This document shows, piece by piece, positions 12,673 to 24,591 of a stretch of 64,000 bases of DNA; the first letter of the stretch is position 1; each line of letters opens with the position of its first letter. The position numbers and the translations under genes are program-made. The notes under the pieces are model-generated. The model was not told where the DNA came from, did not search any database, and worked only from the letters and a program-made list of their open reading frames with translations. This DNA comes from Octopus vulgaris (Eukaryota): assembly GCA_951406725.2 (NCBI GenBank), contig OX597827.1, positions 79,732,001-79,796,000 of the forward strand, written 5' to 3'.

Positions 12673-15489
12673 TACTTCTTGTTATTAATAAGGTGACAAT
12701 GAAGGTGGTACAACAACAACAGAACACTTGGTGGCAATATCTAATTGTAACACTTCAACCCCTTGGGTTCAAATTGAGTCTATCTGACTTTGTTAATTAT
12801 AAGAAATTAACCAAATTATTACAAGGCATACAACTCAGGAAGATCAAATAAATTCAAGGTATATAACTCCTGCGTAATATACATTTTGAAATGATTATAT
12901 TTGTGTTGGTGCAGAACAATGACTAATTAAAGTTGAGGAGTAAATAAATTAATTTAAAATAGGAATGATGCAAAACAAATCAAATTTAAAATAGTACAGT
13001 CATCGGTGTTCTGTTATAAAGTATGAAAGGAATATATGTTTGACTAATGAAAATCTGTCAATAAAACTTATCTCAGAAAAGGTTGTTTTTTTCACTTGAT
13101 TAAAACAAATCATGAAATATCAAATTATTTTTTTTTAAATAAAAAGCTAACAAATGAATCACAAAAATTAAGTATTTCAGCCAACATAATTTCTGAAGCC
13201 CCTTTCTATTTTATAAGGTTTAAGTTTGATTAACTGGAATTCTTCTGGTTAAGAAGCTAAAATAATGCAATTTAAGAAAATCCCCTGCACTGGATTTTAA
13301 GGTATAATTAATGGTTACACAATAGTTTAGTAAGTTATATTTCTAATTTTTTCTACATGAGCCTGAATGTATCACTATTATGAAAGTGAAAAAAAACCCC
13401 CACTTTCTAGTTTTTCAGTTATAATCAAAGATTCAGTCAAAAACATTTGCAAACTAAATCTCGACCGTCAGAAAGGACTACGGTCATATAGTGATGCATT
13501 GGAAGAAAGGTCAAGAGATAACTAGGTGAATGCAAATATACTATTGAAAAATAGATGTCTATAATAACATCTTGAAAAGTGCTTTTTTTCTTAATATTGG
13601 ACACTGGGTATATTTGCATTTAAACTTATCAAGTGTCTCGTTAAGTATCTTAGCAGTAGTCATTGTTGTTAAGACAGCAATTGTGTTTTCTTTAACCTAC
13701 AAGTCTGATACTAGTTATTGGTACTGACTCGGCTGCTTACGTATGTACCAACTTGCTTATGCTAATTTCCTCCAAATCACACTTATTCTTCACGAGCTTA
13801 TATTACTGATAACATTTTTATACATATCAAAGATTTTATACTCAGATACTTCAAAATATATTCTCCTTCTCTTGAGAACTTGGTTTACTGGGGATCATTT
13901 CTCTTATGTGTTCTGATAAATAATCCAAAAGTCTTGAATAATACTCTAGACATTAGCAATTATTTACTAGGATATGGATTTAGAATCTCAAAACATATCC
14001 CAAAACTAACAAAATGTGAAGTTGTCTCGATAAATATATTTGGATATTGTTCAGCTACTTTTGTCTATCTTTCTACTTTACTAGACTTCTTTTGCTTACC
14101 TGCCACAGTATCTTCTTTCAAAATTAAACTACTTTCTTTCTTATCCGCTATAGTTTAAAGACATTTCTGTTTATCTACTACAATGTTTCTTTTTTAACTG
14201 AACCTCCCATCATGTTTGGCAGTCAATGAAAGAAATACTCTCAAATAACATTAACATAATTTTATCCTTAGGAAACTGAAGTATTCGTCTATGCGATAGA
14301 CACTGAGGTTAAGTATTTTTATCAACTCTTCTTGGATATCCTGTGTATGAGTATGGTCAGCAGAACTTCAATAACAACTGAATTTATTTCCAGATAACTT
14401 TGATTGAATATTTTATTTACTTTTTTTTTTTAAATGAAGAAGGTGGGTGACCTTAACCTTTTGCAAGGTTTCTGAGACTGGTGGGAGAAATGTTAGGTCG
14501 TCTTCAGATCATTGATCTGACCTGAATGTTACCAGCTGGATTCTACAAAAGGTACCCACGGGTCAGGTAGTTGTACTGAACTGGATGACAAATTAAATAT
14601 ACTACCCAACTGATTTTATCTGGGCATAAATTCTCCTTATTACAGAGCCCAACACTTATAAACAGTAGGTATATTTTAGTCCTTATCAAATTTGGGTTAT
14701 CAGTAGCTAACACTTTCTTGCTTACCTCTACTTGTTTGAACTTTCATAATACTAAAATGGTCTTCTTTCATTGCAATTACAAACTGAATCTCAATTTCGT
14801 TTACTACTGGCACTCAGTTTTGCTTCACTCTCAGGTGTGTTATATGAGTCTAAAATGTATAAACTTGTATTCCTTATCTCATTCCTCTATATATTTTTGC
14901 ACCTCTTTTCTAAGACCACTTGAAAACCAAATAAGTATTATTTTTTTCCTATTTCAACATGTTGATCTAAGCGTTCGTCTCTAAAAAAAAGCACCACCAT
15001 ATTAACATTTCTTTGCTTCATCCACAAGTTTTTTCTTACATTCTGATTCCTTCTTGTAAAATAACATGAAATTACACAAGTTAATTTTAGACAACATTTT
15101 AGAGACAAAAATTATGATTCATAAGGACATCACATGAATGCATACATAAAAATACAGTCTCACCAAATACTCACGTACACAAATGCACACACGCACACAC
15201 ACACACAAAAACGCATTTGCCAACATGCACGGAAACATACAAGTATCTTCTGGTACAGACATACACTGGTATATGTTAAATAGAAAATTTCCTTTATATT
15301 ACATCTTTTGTGGTGAAGAGAAAATGAAGGGACACAACTCTGCCAGTACTCAAGCAACATCATGCTTTAAAAGTATTAATGTGAATCAGTAATAGAAACG
15401 ACCCCTTCGTTTTCTGAAGAATGGTTCATCATATAAACCTCAAAATAATAATGTAGAAACTATTCTAATTACTATGGTGACAATCAGGC

Positions 15490-15795
15490 AAAACTGGTTA
15501 CATGCTTAGTGGCATTTCTTCTGGTGTTTTTTAGTTCTGAGTTCAAATTCTACTGAGGTTGACTTTGCCTTTTATATTTTCAGTGAACCAGCAGAATTGC
15601 TACCTTTCTAGACAAACTTCTTAGTATTTCTTCTAGCTCTAAGTTCTGGGTTAACACTCTGCTGAGCTCACCTTTGCCTTTCATCCTTTAGGGATTGATA
15701 AAATAAGTGGCAGTTGAGTTCTTGGATTGATGTTACCCACTGGTTCCCTCCCTACCAAATTCCAGGCCTTCTGCTTATCGCATAAAGGATTCTTG
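15490..15795 (+). mobile_element. SINE family A, partly tandem-duplicated copy
   Basis: Two successive cores (gttctgagttcaaattc..gactttgcctttt and gttctgggttaacact..ctttgcctttcatcc), opposite in orientation to the 12462 copy. Confidence 0.75.
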
Positions 15796-16023
15796 TAATT
15801 ATCAAATGTTTTTCTTTTGTAGTTTTGGGCAGTTTCTGGTGCAGCATTATGTTCTTATATTTGTGATGATTAGAGGTACACAGCCTCCTCCTCTCCGTGT
15901 AACTCACACTGTTTTGTTTTACTATGAGTTTTAGTTTCTTAATACAGTTTTATATTTAAGAGATGAGGAATTATTTACATTATTTACATTTGACGGATAC
16001 TTGTCCTCATCTTGTTTGTTGTT

Positions 16024-16069
16024 AACACAACGTTTCAGCTGATTTATCTCCCACCCTTCATCAGATGTC
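16024..16069 (-). ncRNA. Minimal type-I hammerhead ribozyme-like motif (PLE-type)
   Basis: Minus strand reads gacat-CTGATGA-agggtg..cagct-GAAAC-GTT-gtgtt: both core boxes, stem I gacat/gtgtt, loopless palindromic stem III AACGTT. Stem II is imperfect in this copy. Confidence 0.6.
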
Positions 16070-16140
16070 TTGGGGAAATTTCGAACCTGGTTTCTCATTC
16101 CTAAAGTATTTTTCGATATTATTATTATTATTATTATTCA

Positions 16141-16212
16141 GGTCACTGCCTGGAATCGAACTCGGAATCTTGGGGCTAGCAGCCCACACTCTTAATCACT
16201 ATGCCACATGCC
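16141..16212 (-). mobile_element. tRNA-derived Pol III head (SINE-like)
   Basis: A-box-like TGGCATAGTGATT, B-box GAGTTCGATTCC, anticodon-like loop ctGCTag; followed by (AAT)n. Confidence 0.7.
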
Positions 16213-16297
16213 TGTGGTTATATTAGTGTGTGTTCATTCTGTTTATGTGTGTAACATGAGTTATGTTATTAACTGGACCTTAGTCTTGATATACCCC

Positions 16298-16343
16298 CCA
16301 GCCTGAAGAAGGCTGGAGGGTATATCAGCTGAAACATTGTGTT
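16298..16343 (+). ncRNA. Second, inverted hammerhead-like copy (degenerate)
   Basis: CTGAAGA-a-ggctg-gagggtatat-cagct-GAAAC-att-gtgtt: good stem II, but the cleavage-site G is lost and stem I is broken. Confidence 0.5.
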
Positions 16344-16389
16344 AACAACAAACAAGAGGAAGACAAATATCCATCGAATGTAAATAATA

Positions 16390-18155
16390 TCTTCTTCAAG
16401 TTCAAAATGTAAAATGAAAACGACTGCAGAAACACAGAAATTCAAAATATAAACGAGAAAACCCTGTGTTCCCATTTTCATTACATCAATTTTAAATTTT
16501 GTAACTGGTAAAGGGAAAAAGAAAGAAAGAAAAAAAGACTATTTAGTCAAACAGTTTCACATAAATGTGATGAAATTCACCAGTTATCTTATTCATTCCT
16601 CTCGGGTGTGATGTTAGTAATTCACAAATTGTCCTCGTGCATTTTGAGTACTGAAAGCAGAGTAGATTCAAAATATTCTCTGAGGATGTATGCTTTCAGG
16701 TGTTCCTCAAAATTGCAGCTGCTTGATATAAAATGTTCTGTTGAACCCACTACTATTTTGCCTGATGTCATACCTTTTCCCATTGAATCTTTTGCTTAAT
16801 TGTTCTGTTGTTCAACCAACATAAATTAAGTTGTATTTGGTGCAATCTGTTGTGTACACCAAATGGGAATCTTTACATGTCCCACCTTCCATATAAATTG
16901 TAATATTTCTGTTATTGTTCATGATGGAATTGACTTGACTCATTTTGTTGCACATTAAATAGAGTTTACTTCTCCTGTGGCTGTTTTTGAAGATCCTGTG
17001 TTCAGAAACTTCATTGATAGTTTTCTTGGAGTTAGAGGTAGTGGTTAATATTTTTCTGCTTCTAAAGCTTCAATAGGTGGCTGAGAGAATATCTGTTTGA
17101 AATAAAAATATTTTTCTGTCATACGATTGTAATTTTTATGCAATACTTTTGCAATACCAGCAACATTTTGGTGCCAGTTAATCACTAAAGGAATTCTATC
17201 ACAAATTTTACTTTGGTTGTTAAAATTATGCATGGATGTTTGACTTTCCTTGCTAATTTTAGGTATATCATTTCTGATTTCCTTTAATCATGATTCACTG
17301 TAACTGCGTTTGACATAATGGTGTACAAAAGCATTTGCATGTTCCCAATAATCCTCTACATCAGTGCAAATCCATTTTATCTTCAAAAATTGGGATTTCA
17401 GATTTGACCAAATTATATGATGTGGATGATTGGAATGGCAGTGGAGGTAAATGTAGGATGATGTGGGCTTGCAAAATAACTCTGTCATTATTCTGCCTTG
17501 AGAAAACTCAACTTTTGTGTCCAAAAACTCGGCGCTAATTTTTGAAACACCAGACATAAATTTTATATTGGTCTGAAAGCCATAATTGTTTGCATAACAA
17601 TTACAGAAATGCAAGAAGTTAATTAAACCGTCCTGTGATCCTTCACTGACAAAAAGGACATCATCAATGAACCATAACCAGAGCATTGATTCATGACCAT
17701 GCAAGAAATTAACTGTGTTTCAAATTCCATCATGAAGACATCAGAGAAATTAACTGCCATGGGGGTACCCATGGTGCAACCATTAGTCTGGTGGTAAAAT
17801 TTTTGTCCAAACTTCACTGTTACTTTGTTATACAAACTTCAATAACTTAGAGAAACTTAGATGAAGTACTTTTGTTTGACTGTTTTTTTGAAGGCATTCA
17901 TGTATGCTTCCACCCCCTCATTGTGATTTACATTGGTATATTGTGAAGAAACATCTATGGTTACTGAAAAACAGTTTTCAACACTACTTTATGCTTAGAC
18001 TGTTTCCTCCTTTCTTTTTCTTTTCTTTTTCTCTTCCTTTTCCTTTTACCAGTTACAAAATTGAAAATTGAAAATTGATGTAATGAAAATAGGAACACAG
18101 GATTTCCTCATTTATACTTTCTGCAGTTGTTTTCATTTAATATTTTGAAGAAGAC
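16390..18155 (-). mobile_element. 5'-truncated Penelope-like element (RT + GIY-YIG) with inverted terminal duplication
   Basis: RT motifs GCTMGTPMAVNFSDVFM, WLWFIDDVLF, EFLDT, KPT, HSNHP. GIY-YIG read manually at ~16770-16890 as GTCKDSHLVYTTDCTKYNLIYVG*TTEQLSKRF. 16390-16540 is the reverse complement of 18005-18155. Confidence 0.9.
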
Positions 18156-18247
18156 TGATGAGCTATCAAAATATCGTTCAAACCATTAAATAACCAATTT
18201 ATGACAAATTATATTGCGCTCTTTATTATTGTCTGTTGTTGTTGTTG

Positions 18248-18710
18248 TTATTATTATTATTATTATATGAAAGGTATTACATGTTCATTTCATTAACAGG
18301 GATGTTATTTTGAGGTTTGGTGACTACAAGTCTCCTCAAAACTTAAGACTCTTTCTTAGAATTCTAGCTAAATACAGGATTGAACTTTTCTGCCAGTTGA
18401 GAGCACATGTCACAATTCCAAAATCCTTCAGCCTCTTAAGTAGTGGTTTGGGTCAAGTGCACCGATTACAATAGGAACAATTTTCACCTTCGTGTTTTAC
18501 AGTCTGTTTACCTCTCTGGTTGGGTTCTGATATTTCTCAATTTCCTTGATCTCCTCTTTGGTAACATATGGTATTGCAAAGTTTATGATCTTACACTATG
18601 TTTTTTTCCCTATCATTTATGATCATATCTAGTCTCCTTGCTTCAAAAGTATTGTCAGTTCCTAATGCAAATTCCCATAAAATTCTGCAATTATTAATCA
18701 TCATCATCAC
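18248..18710 (-). mobile_element. R4/Dong-like 3' fragment
   Basis: Minus strand has RILWEF..GTD, EKYQ and VPIVIGAL endonuclease motifs, and ends in (TAA)n at 18248-18267. Confidence 0.7.
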
Positions 18711-18783
18711 AGTCTCTAGCTTGTGTTCAGACTACTTTACTGACTTTAAAGCAATGAGCATAGCTAACATCTCTATACAATCA

Positions 18784-18820
<37 letters not shown>

Positions 18821-19784
18821 TAATATATAGTTATTGGATCCACATCAATGTATTGCTTGTTACTTCTTTCATTGATCATGGAAGGATAAAATACAAGGCC
18901 ATTCTTAATGCAGTTTAATATCAGAATCTAAAGGAATAGTCACATATTAATGCTAATGTAAATAAATTGAAAGTTAAATGGAAAACTTTGCTGGAAAAAA
19001 TGTGAGCAGTTTTGCATTCTTCTAAATTCATAACTACAGGCTGATCTAAATAATATATACCTGCAATGGACGCAAAGAGGGAGCGAAAGTCTGATGCATA
19101 TATGAACCCTTCAGTAATGTATGTAGATTATGAAGAATGTGTTTCACTGATGGCTTTGTCTGGCCAATACAGAGCTTAGAGTTCTTAACAACAGTTACCT
19201 TTTGTCAAGTATCACATCATTGTGGAATTATTAACTGTAGCACACAAAAAAATCCCCCATTACACCTGCACCTCATTCAGAAATATTCAGTGAATGATTT
19301 GCCTTTGCATATGACCATGGATTAGCAGCCACTACATAATGAGATCTGTAAAACAGATGAACTTTCTGATCTCAGTTACTGAGTGTTTCCACAAAAAGGA
19401 GAACCATACTCCAGTGTAGTTGTTATTGCTGAAGGGGATTTAGTTTACTAATTTAGCACTGTAGAATCAACAAGTATTTTGCTAATTTGTAATGCTGTAT
19501 TCAGTTCACTCAAAATGATTACCAATGTATATCCTCGAAGTAACGAACATTTTTTTCTCTCAACTCTACTGTGTAAAGGAATAGGAATTAAGTACTGAAG
19601 TAGTAAACCCTCTAAAATCCTGGAATGAATAAAATTAACTCATTCTGCAGCTACATTAGTTATAGTCTTCCAAACCCTACAATATTCTTCATTCCTATGG
19701 TTTCCTCTTCAGCCCACCCCTGCTGCCTGGTTTTTTTCTTTTGAACAATAAACTAATAAAAATATAAAGTAAACATTAACTGTA

Positions 19785-20690
19785 TTTGCAGAGGTGCTTC
19801 AAAGGTGGAAGAATATCTCTGGAAGAGGACGAGTGATCTGGAAGGCCTGCCATGAGCATCACCTAAGAAATGTGGAGAAAATTCATTGGCTTGTGCATAA
19901 GAATGATTGATGATATTGCTTATGTCATATGGGTCTGTGCAGGCAATCCTAATGTCGGGATTGGCATGTCTCTTCCAAGTTTGTCCTCTGCGTGCAGACC
20001 ACTGAGCATAAAGAGCATCGCATTGAAGTCTGTCAAGATCTCCATCAGTGTACCACTGATGACCCATCCTTCATGTTGAGGTGATGAGAGTTGGATCTAT
20101 GGGTACAACCCTGAGATGAAGCAGCAATCGTCACAATGGAAGTGGCCTTCATCTCCATGACTGAAAAAGGCATGACACAGCTGTAGCTCAGTCAAGAACA
20201 TGCTCATCATTTTTCTTGACATCTGCAGTATTGTGCATTGAGAATTCGTCCCTCAGAGCTTGACCATCAATCCAGAGTTCTGCTGTGATGCTTTGAAGCA
20301 TTTGAAGGAGGACATTTGGTGAAAGTGACCGGATCTGTGGAGTGTGAAGAATTGGATTCTTCATGATGACAATGTACCCTGTCACCAAACTCTCTTCATT
20401 CAGGACTTTCTTGCCAAAAACAAAATGGCATTGCTTCCACACCCACCCTGTTCATCACATTTAGCACCCATGGACTTTTAGCTCTTCCCCTAGATGAAAT
20501 TGCTACTCAAAGGTTGCCAGAGCAAATTGCAGAGGGTCCTCAATTTGTTTTCAGAAAATGACTTCCTGGCCAGATTCCAAAAGTGGCAGAAATGCTGGGA
20601 CGGATGTTTTGCTGCACAAGGTGACTGTTTTGAAGGAAGTTATTTTTTTTATTAAACATAACTAGTTGGAAAACTTTTTGACACTTGAAT
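19785..20690 (+). mobile_element. Degenerate mariner transposase (DD34D)
   Basis: Manual translation: FKGGRISLEEDE*SGRP, GDESWIYGYNPEMKQQSSQWK, ILHDDNVPCH, HPPCSSHLAPMDF (34 residues between 2nd and 3rd Asp), FQKWQKCWDGC.AAQGDCFEG. Stops and deletions present. Confidence 0.92.
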
Positions 20691-21039
20691 GTCCCCTGCT
20701 TTTCTTTTATTTGCTCATGAAACAGAAATTTATCACATTCCAGAAATATTTATATTTACAACATTCAACAAAAACACCATATAGGAATAATTAAAATTGA
20801 ATGACCACATTATTTTTCAATAGTACAGTAGTTCTTACATAGTATTGTTGCTTCTTCTTGGATGTTTTAAACTTGCCCTTATCAAAACAATAATGTTTTT
20901 CTAGTTTTACAGCCAAATCTATTGTTTGAAGAAGGGAAACTATGGAAGTCATTTAATGAGACAATTTGCTTGTAAGGAAAAAGAGACGACTAAGGCAGGA
21001 ACATTGGCTGATTGTTAGAAAATTTAATACTTACTACCC

Positions 21040-21180
21040 ACATATGCTGGACTTGTACAGTCTACATACCGGCCATGTAGGGTAAATACACTGGCCATAT
21101 ACTGTTTATATATTGGCTGTGTATGATTTATATGCTGGACATGTACAACCTATATACTAGACATGTACTGGATATATACA
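21040..21180. repeat. Degenerate ~22-bp minisatellite
   Basis: Recurring units like tatactggccatgtacag / tatgctggacatgtacaac. Confidence 0.55.
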
Positions 21181-21574
21181 AGGTGAATGGTAGAGCATTA
21201 CATGAAAAAGAGAATTTACACTGGTACTGAGCAGTTCTTCGTGCAATTCATTTTTGGTTTGACATTGCTTTTTATCATTTTGAGATTAATGAAGGTGGCA
21301 AGGATGCACTGGCATTAGTTTATATAATAAAGCAGTCTTTTGCCACTGTTTTAACGATCTTTGTATGATGGTTGTTGCTCTGACGGATATTATTATATTC
21401 TAAAGTTGTTGATTGAATGTTTTTAACCAAGCATTGCTTGTTGCTTGTGTGTATGTTGTATGTGTGTGTGTGATTAATAGTTGAAGATGTTTTCAAAGAA
21501 ACAGTAACAATGCATCTGGGATAACTGCAACACCTGCAAGCCAATTACCTGGTTGTTTTGCCTCCAAAGAATAA

Positions 21575-21730
21575 CAGGTAACTCTCTCTTAAATCACATC
21601 TTACTATCTTAAGTAAGGACAGAATACATTAGATAGTGTCCTTCTACATGCTCAAATGGGATGGTCATGTTTGTAATGCCTTAATGCCTTTGATTGTAGG
21701 TCTGCTCAGTCAGGACCTAAACACCTAAGC
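21575..21730 (+). repeat. Short interspersed repeat (family E)
   Basis: aaatcacatcttactatcttaa...aatgcctttgattgtaggtctgctcagtcagg. Related to 34520-34590 (+) and 55228-55370 (-). Confidence 0.5.
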
Positions 21731-24591
21731 AAATTCAAAATGCATACACTTACCAGACTATTGTGTTTGTGAGCTCCTATAATAAACTCTAAAGAATGAC
21801 AAATTGGCTCACACTGCACCTACCATATTAAAACTTTGCAGCAGACAAAACCAAGCTTCATGCTAAATATACAAAATAGCTCCTTAAAAATGGTAAATAT
21901 AGTCCAGTAGTTGCTGAACATATTTCTTATGTATTCATATTTGGAAAATAATTTTGTTTCAACATGAATTTATTTCTCTGCTTTTAAAATATCAACTCAC
22001 AAAGTTTCCATCCTTGTCTCAATTCATGCAAATTTACAAATGCATACAATTATTCACAAATATTTACACTTATTATTTTACAGCTATTTTTAATTTAAAT
22101 TTATGTTCTTTCTTACTTAAGATTCATTTGAAGTTAATAGATTCATAACTATCTATTTTTGCACACTGCATAGTGTAGACATTGCATGATTTAAATTTGT
22201 TCTTATCATTCTCAAATATTTAATTTCCTGGCTACTAAATGTGAATTATAAAAACGTTTGGCTTTGTTTTTTACATGAGAGACATTGAATATGTTAGCTG
22301 ACAGCCAGAAACATTATTATTCTTCTTATCTGAAATAATTGATGATATTATCTTCCATATCAATAAACTCTTAGAAACACACACATGAATATAAATATCA
22401 ACTTGTTAATATCCTTTTCTTCTATTATGGATTAAATTAATCCACAAAAGAAGATATTAATATACATGTCTTAATTTTGTTTCTTTCTCACATTTCCATA
22501 ACTACTGCTGTCCCAAGCAATTCCCACTGACCTCTCAATCATAAATATCTAAACATCAAGTAATATTGTCATTAAAAGTTTAATTCTTTAAACTTTGTTA
22601 TACTAATCTTATTGAGAAAATTAGAACGCTTTGGAATTTGTGAATTTGAAATTGCTATTAAAACAAAATCTTGAAATTAGTGTAATGGCTAATTGTATCA
22701 TTATTTGTAGTATAATATGCAAAAGAAAAGAACCAGCTAGTTTTAACTTGTTACAGACTAAATTTAGTATATATACAACTTTATTACTGCAAATGATAAA
22801 TCATAAACATCGGACACTAAGTAAGAATCACTGAACAATACACCATTATCAATTCTCAATAAGATATTTCTGGATTCATTATCTAAAAATACAACATAAA
22901 ACAAAAAAATAATCAAGTTATAGCTATTTATTTCACCATGAATCTTCATCTGTGTCATCAATTCTAGTAGAAGACTTCACCCACCATAAATTGCTTGATC
23001 AGTCACTATAACAAACTACCAGAAGAAAGAATCTAATGTATTCCACCCATCATCCAAGTCTTTTACACGAAGCCACTTTGATCAAAGAAACACATCAAAA
23101 GAGAATGGCTTTCGTCACAAAACTTATCTTTAAAATATACCATAGACAGTCTAGACTTTAGAGTATCTTTTCCACTTGAGAATTTTTGACCTCTGCTAAG
23201 TTTATCTGAAAATTATTTGATGTTGTATTGCAATAGCTGAAAAATCAATATACATCAATAAAGACAATACTTTGATAATGACCACCTATTCAAGTTAGAG
23301 AGAAAGAATATCAAAGAGGAGCTGCTAAGAAAACTGATTATATTGAGAAGCAAGCAATATATTTTATTTTGACATAGTTGTTGCCCTGTTCACATTATAT
23401 GGATGATATAGCTGCTTATTATATAGGTTTCACTCCATCCCCTATTGCTGAGATAAAAGAAAAGAAATGAAAACCAGCTGGATATTCCATTTGTTTTTGC
23501 ATACAATTATTTATAATTTGAGGACATTTTATGATTGTTGTATGTTAAATGGTACCAAGTTTAGTCAACAAAAGATATTGTCAAAAGAAAATCATGAAAA
23601 AATATAGATATTGTCATAAGAAAACAATGTAAAACATTACTTGTGTTTTATTAATGGAGAGAGAAATGAGAAATGAAGTGAAATGAAAATATGAGTCAGA
23701 GAGGGGGAGAAAGGGATGAATGGGGTTGACTAACCAGATGGTTAAATATGAAAAACCAAAGTAAGAACAATGGAACAGGTAAAAAAAAAAGGGAGTTAGA
23801 AAAAGAACAAGACGAAGAAATAAATAAAATAATCAAATTACTTCAGGTTCACAACTCTAGTTCAAAAAGAAATATAGACAATATCTTTTAATAATATTTA
23901 ATAAGTGTTAATACTATATTTCTGGTTTATGCTCCTAATATTTTCTGTATCTCAACATCTGCAATCGAAGCAAACAATACTGAATGTTGGAATTTTGTAA
24001 AGTTGTTTAACAAACATTTCAGTTTCCAAATCACTGACTATTGAATTCTTTAATTATCTTCATATAAGCAAAGACACTTAATTGTTATATATCCCATTTG
24101 TGTTATGCAGTCTATTAGAAATATTTACCTGAGATAGGAATAAAAGTTCTTTTGTAGCTAGTAATAACACCATTCATTATTATATATCTCATACGAGAGA
24201 AGTGATTGGAATGACTGAATGAAACAAGTGAAGTAGTAACGTGAAGTGGCTACTGAGGTTTGCTTTCATTAGTTTGACCAATGTCTTAAAGCAGAGTAAA
24301 GTGAAATGAAATGCTTGTTAATAATTGGATTAATATCAGGTTTCTGATTTTGGTTTTGATACAGTAGTCAAATTGAAGTGGATATTAAATAATGGAAGTC
24401 TTTAAAAACTTAAACAAACAGAATCAATTTAATTTTCATTGCTTTTCATTATCTTGAAGAAATTAGATAATCCTTTTTCATATTAGGAGAAGTGAATTCA
24501 CTGAAAGGAAAAATATAAGCCAACATGGCAAACCAAAGAACAATTTATTGGCAATTCTACATTCATGAATCAGTGAGTTTAAATAGCTTAC

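Noticed and set aside
13430-14340. Possible decayed transposase with a 13-bp inverted repeat (aatgcaaatatac)
   Set aside because: No recognisable catalytic motif in manual translation; the IR is too short to be significant in AT-rich DNA.
16141-16212. Functional tRNA-Ser(GCT) gene
   Set aside because: Poor acceptor-stem pairing, no long variable arm, and followed by (AAT)n rather than a T-run terminator; treated as a SINE head.
24478-24591. C-terminal 37 aa of the 828-aa ORF as the main C-terminus
   Set aside because: Starts exactly at a consensus GTAAGC donor and a phase-matched downstream exon exists; kept only as a possible minor isoform.
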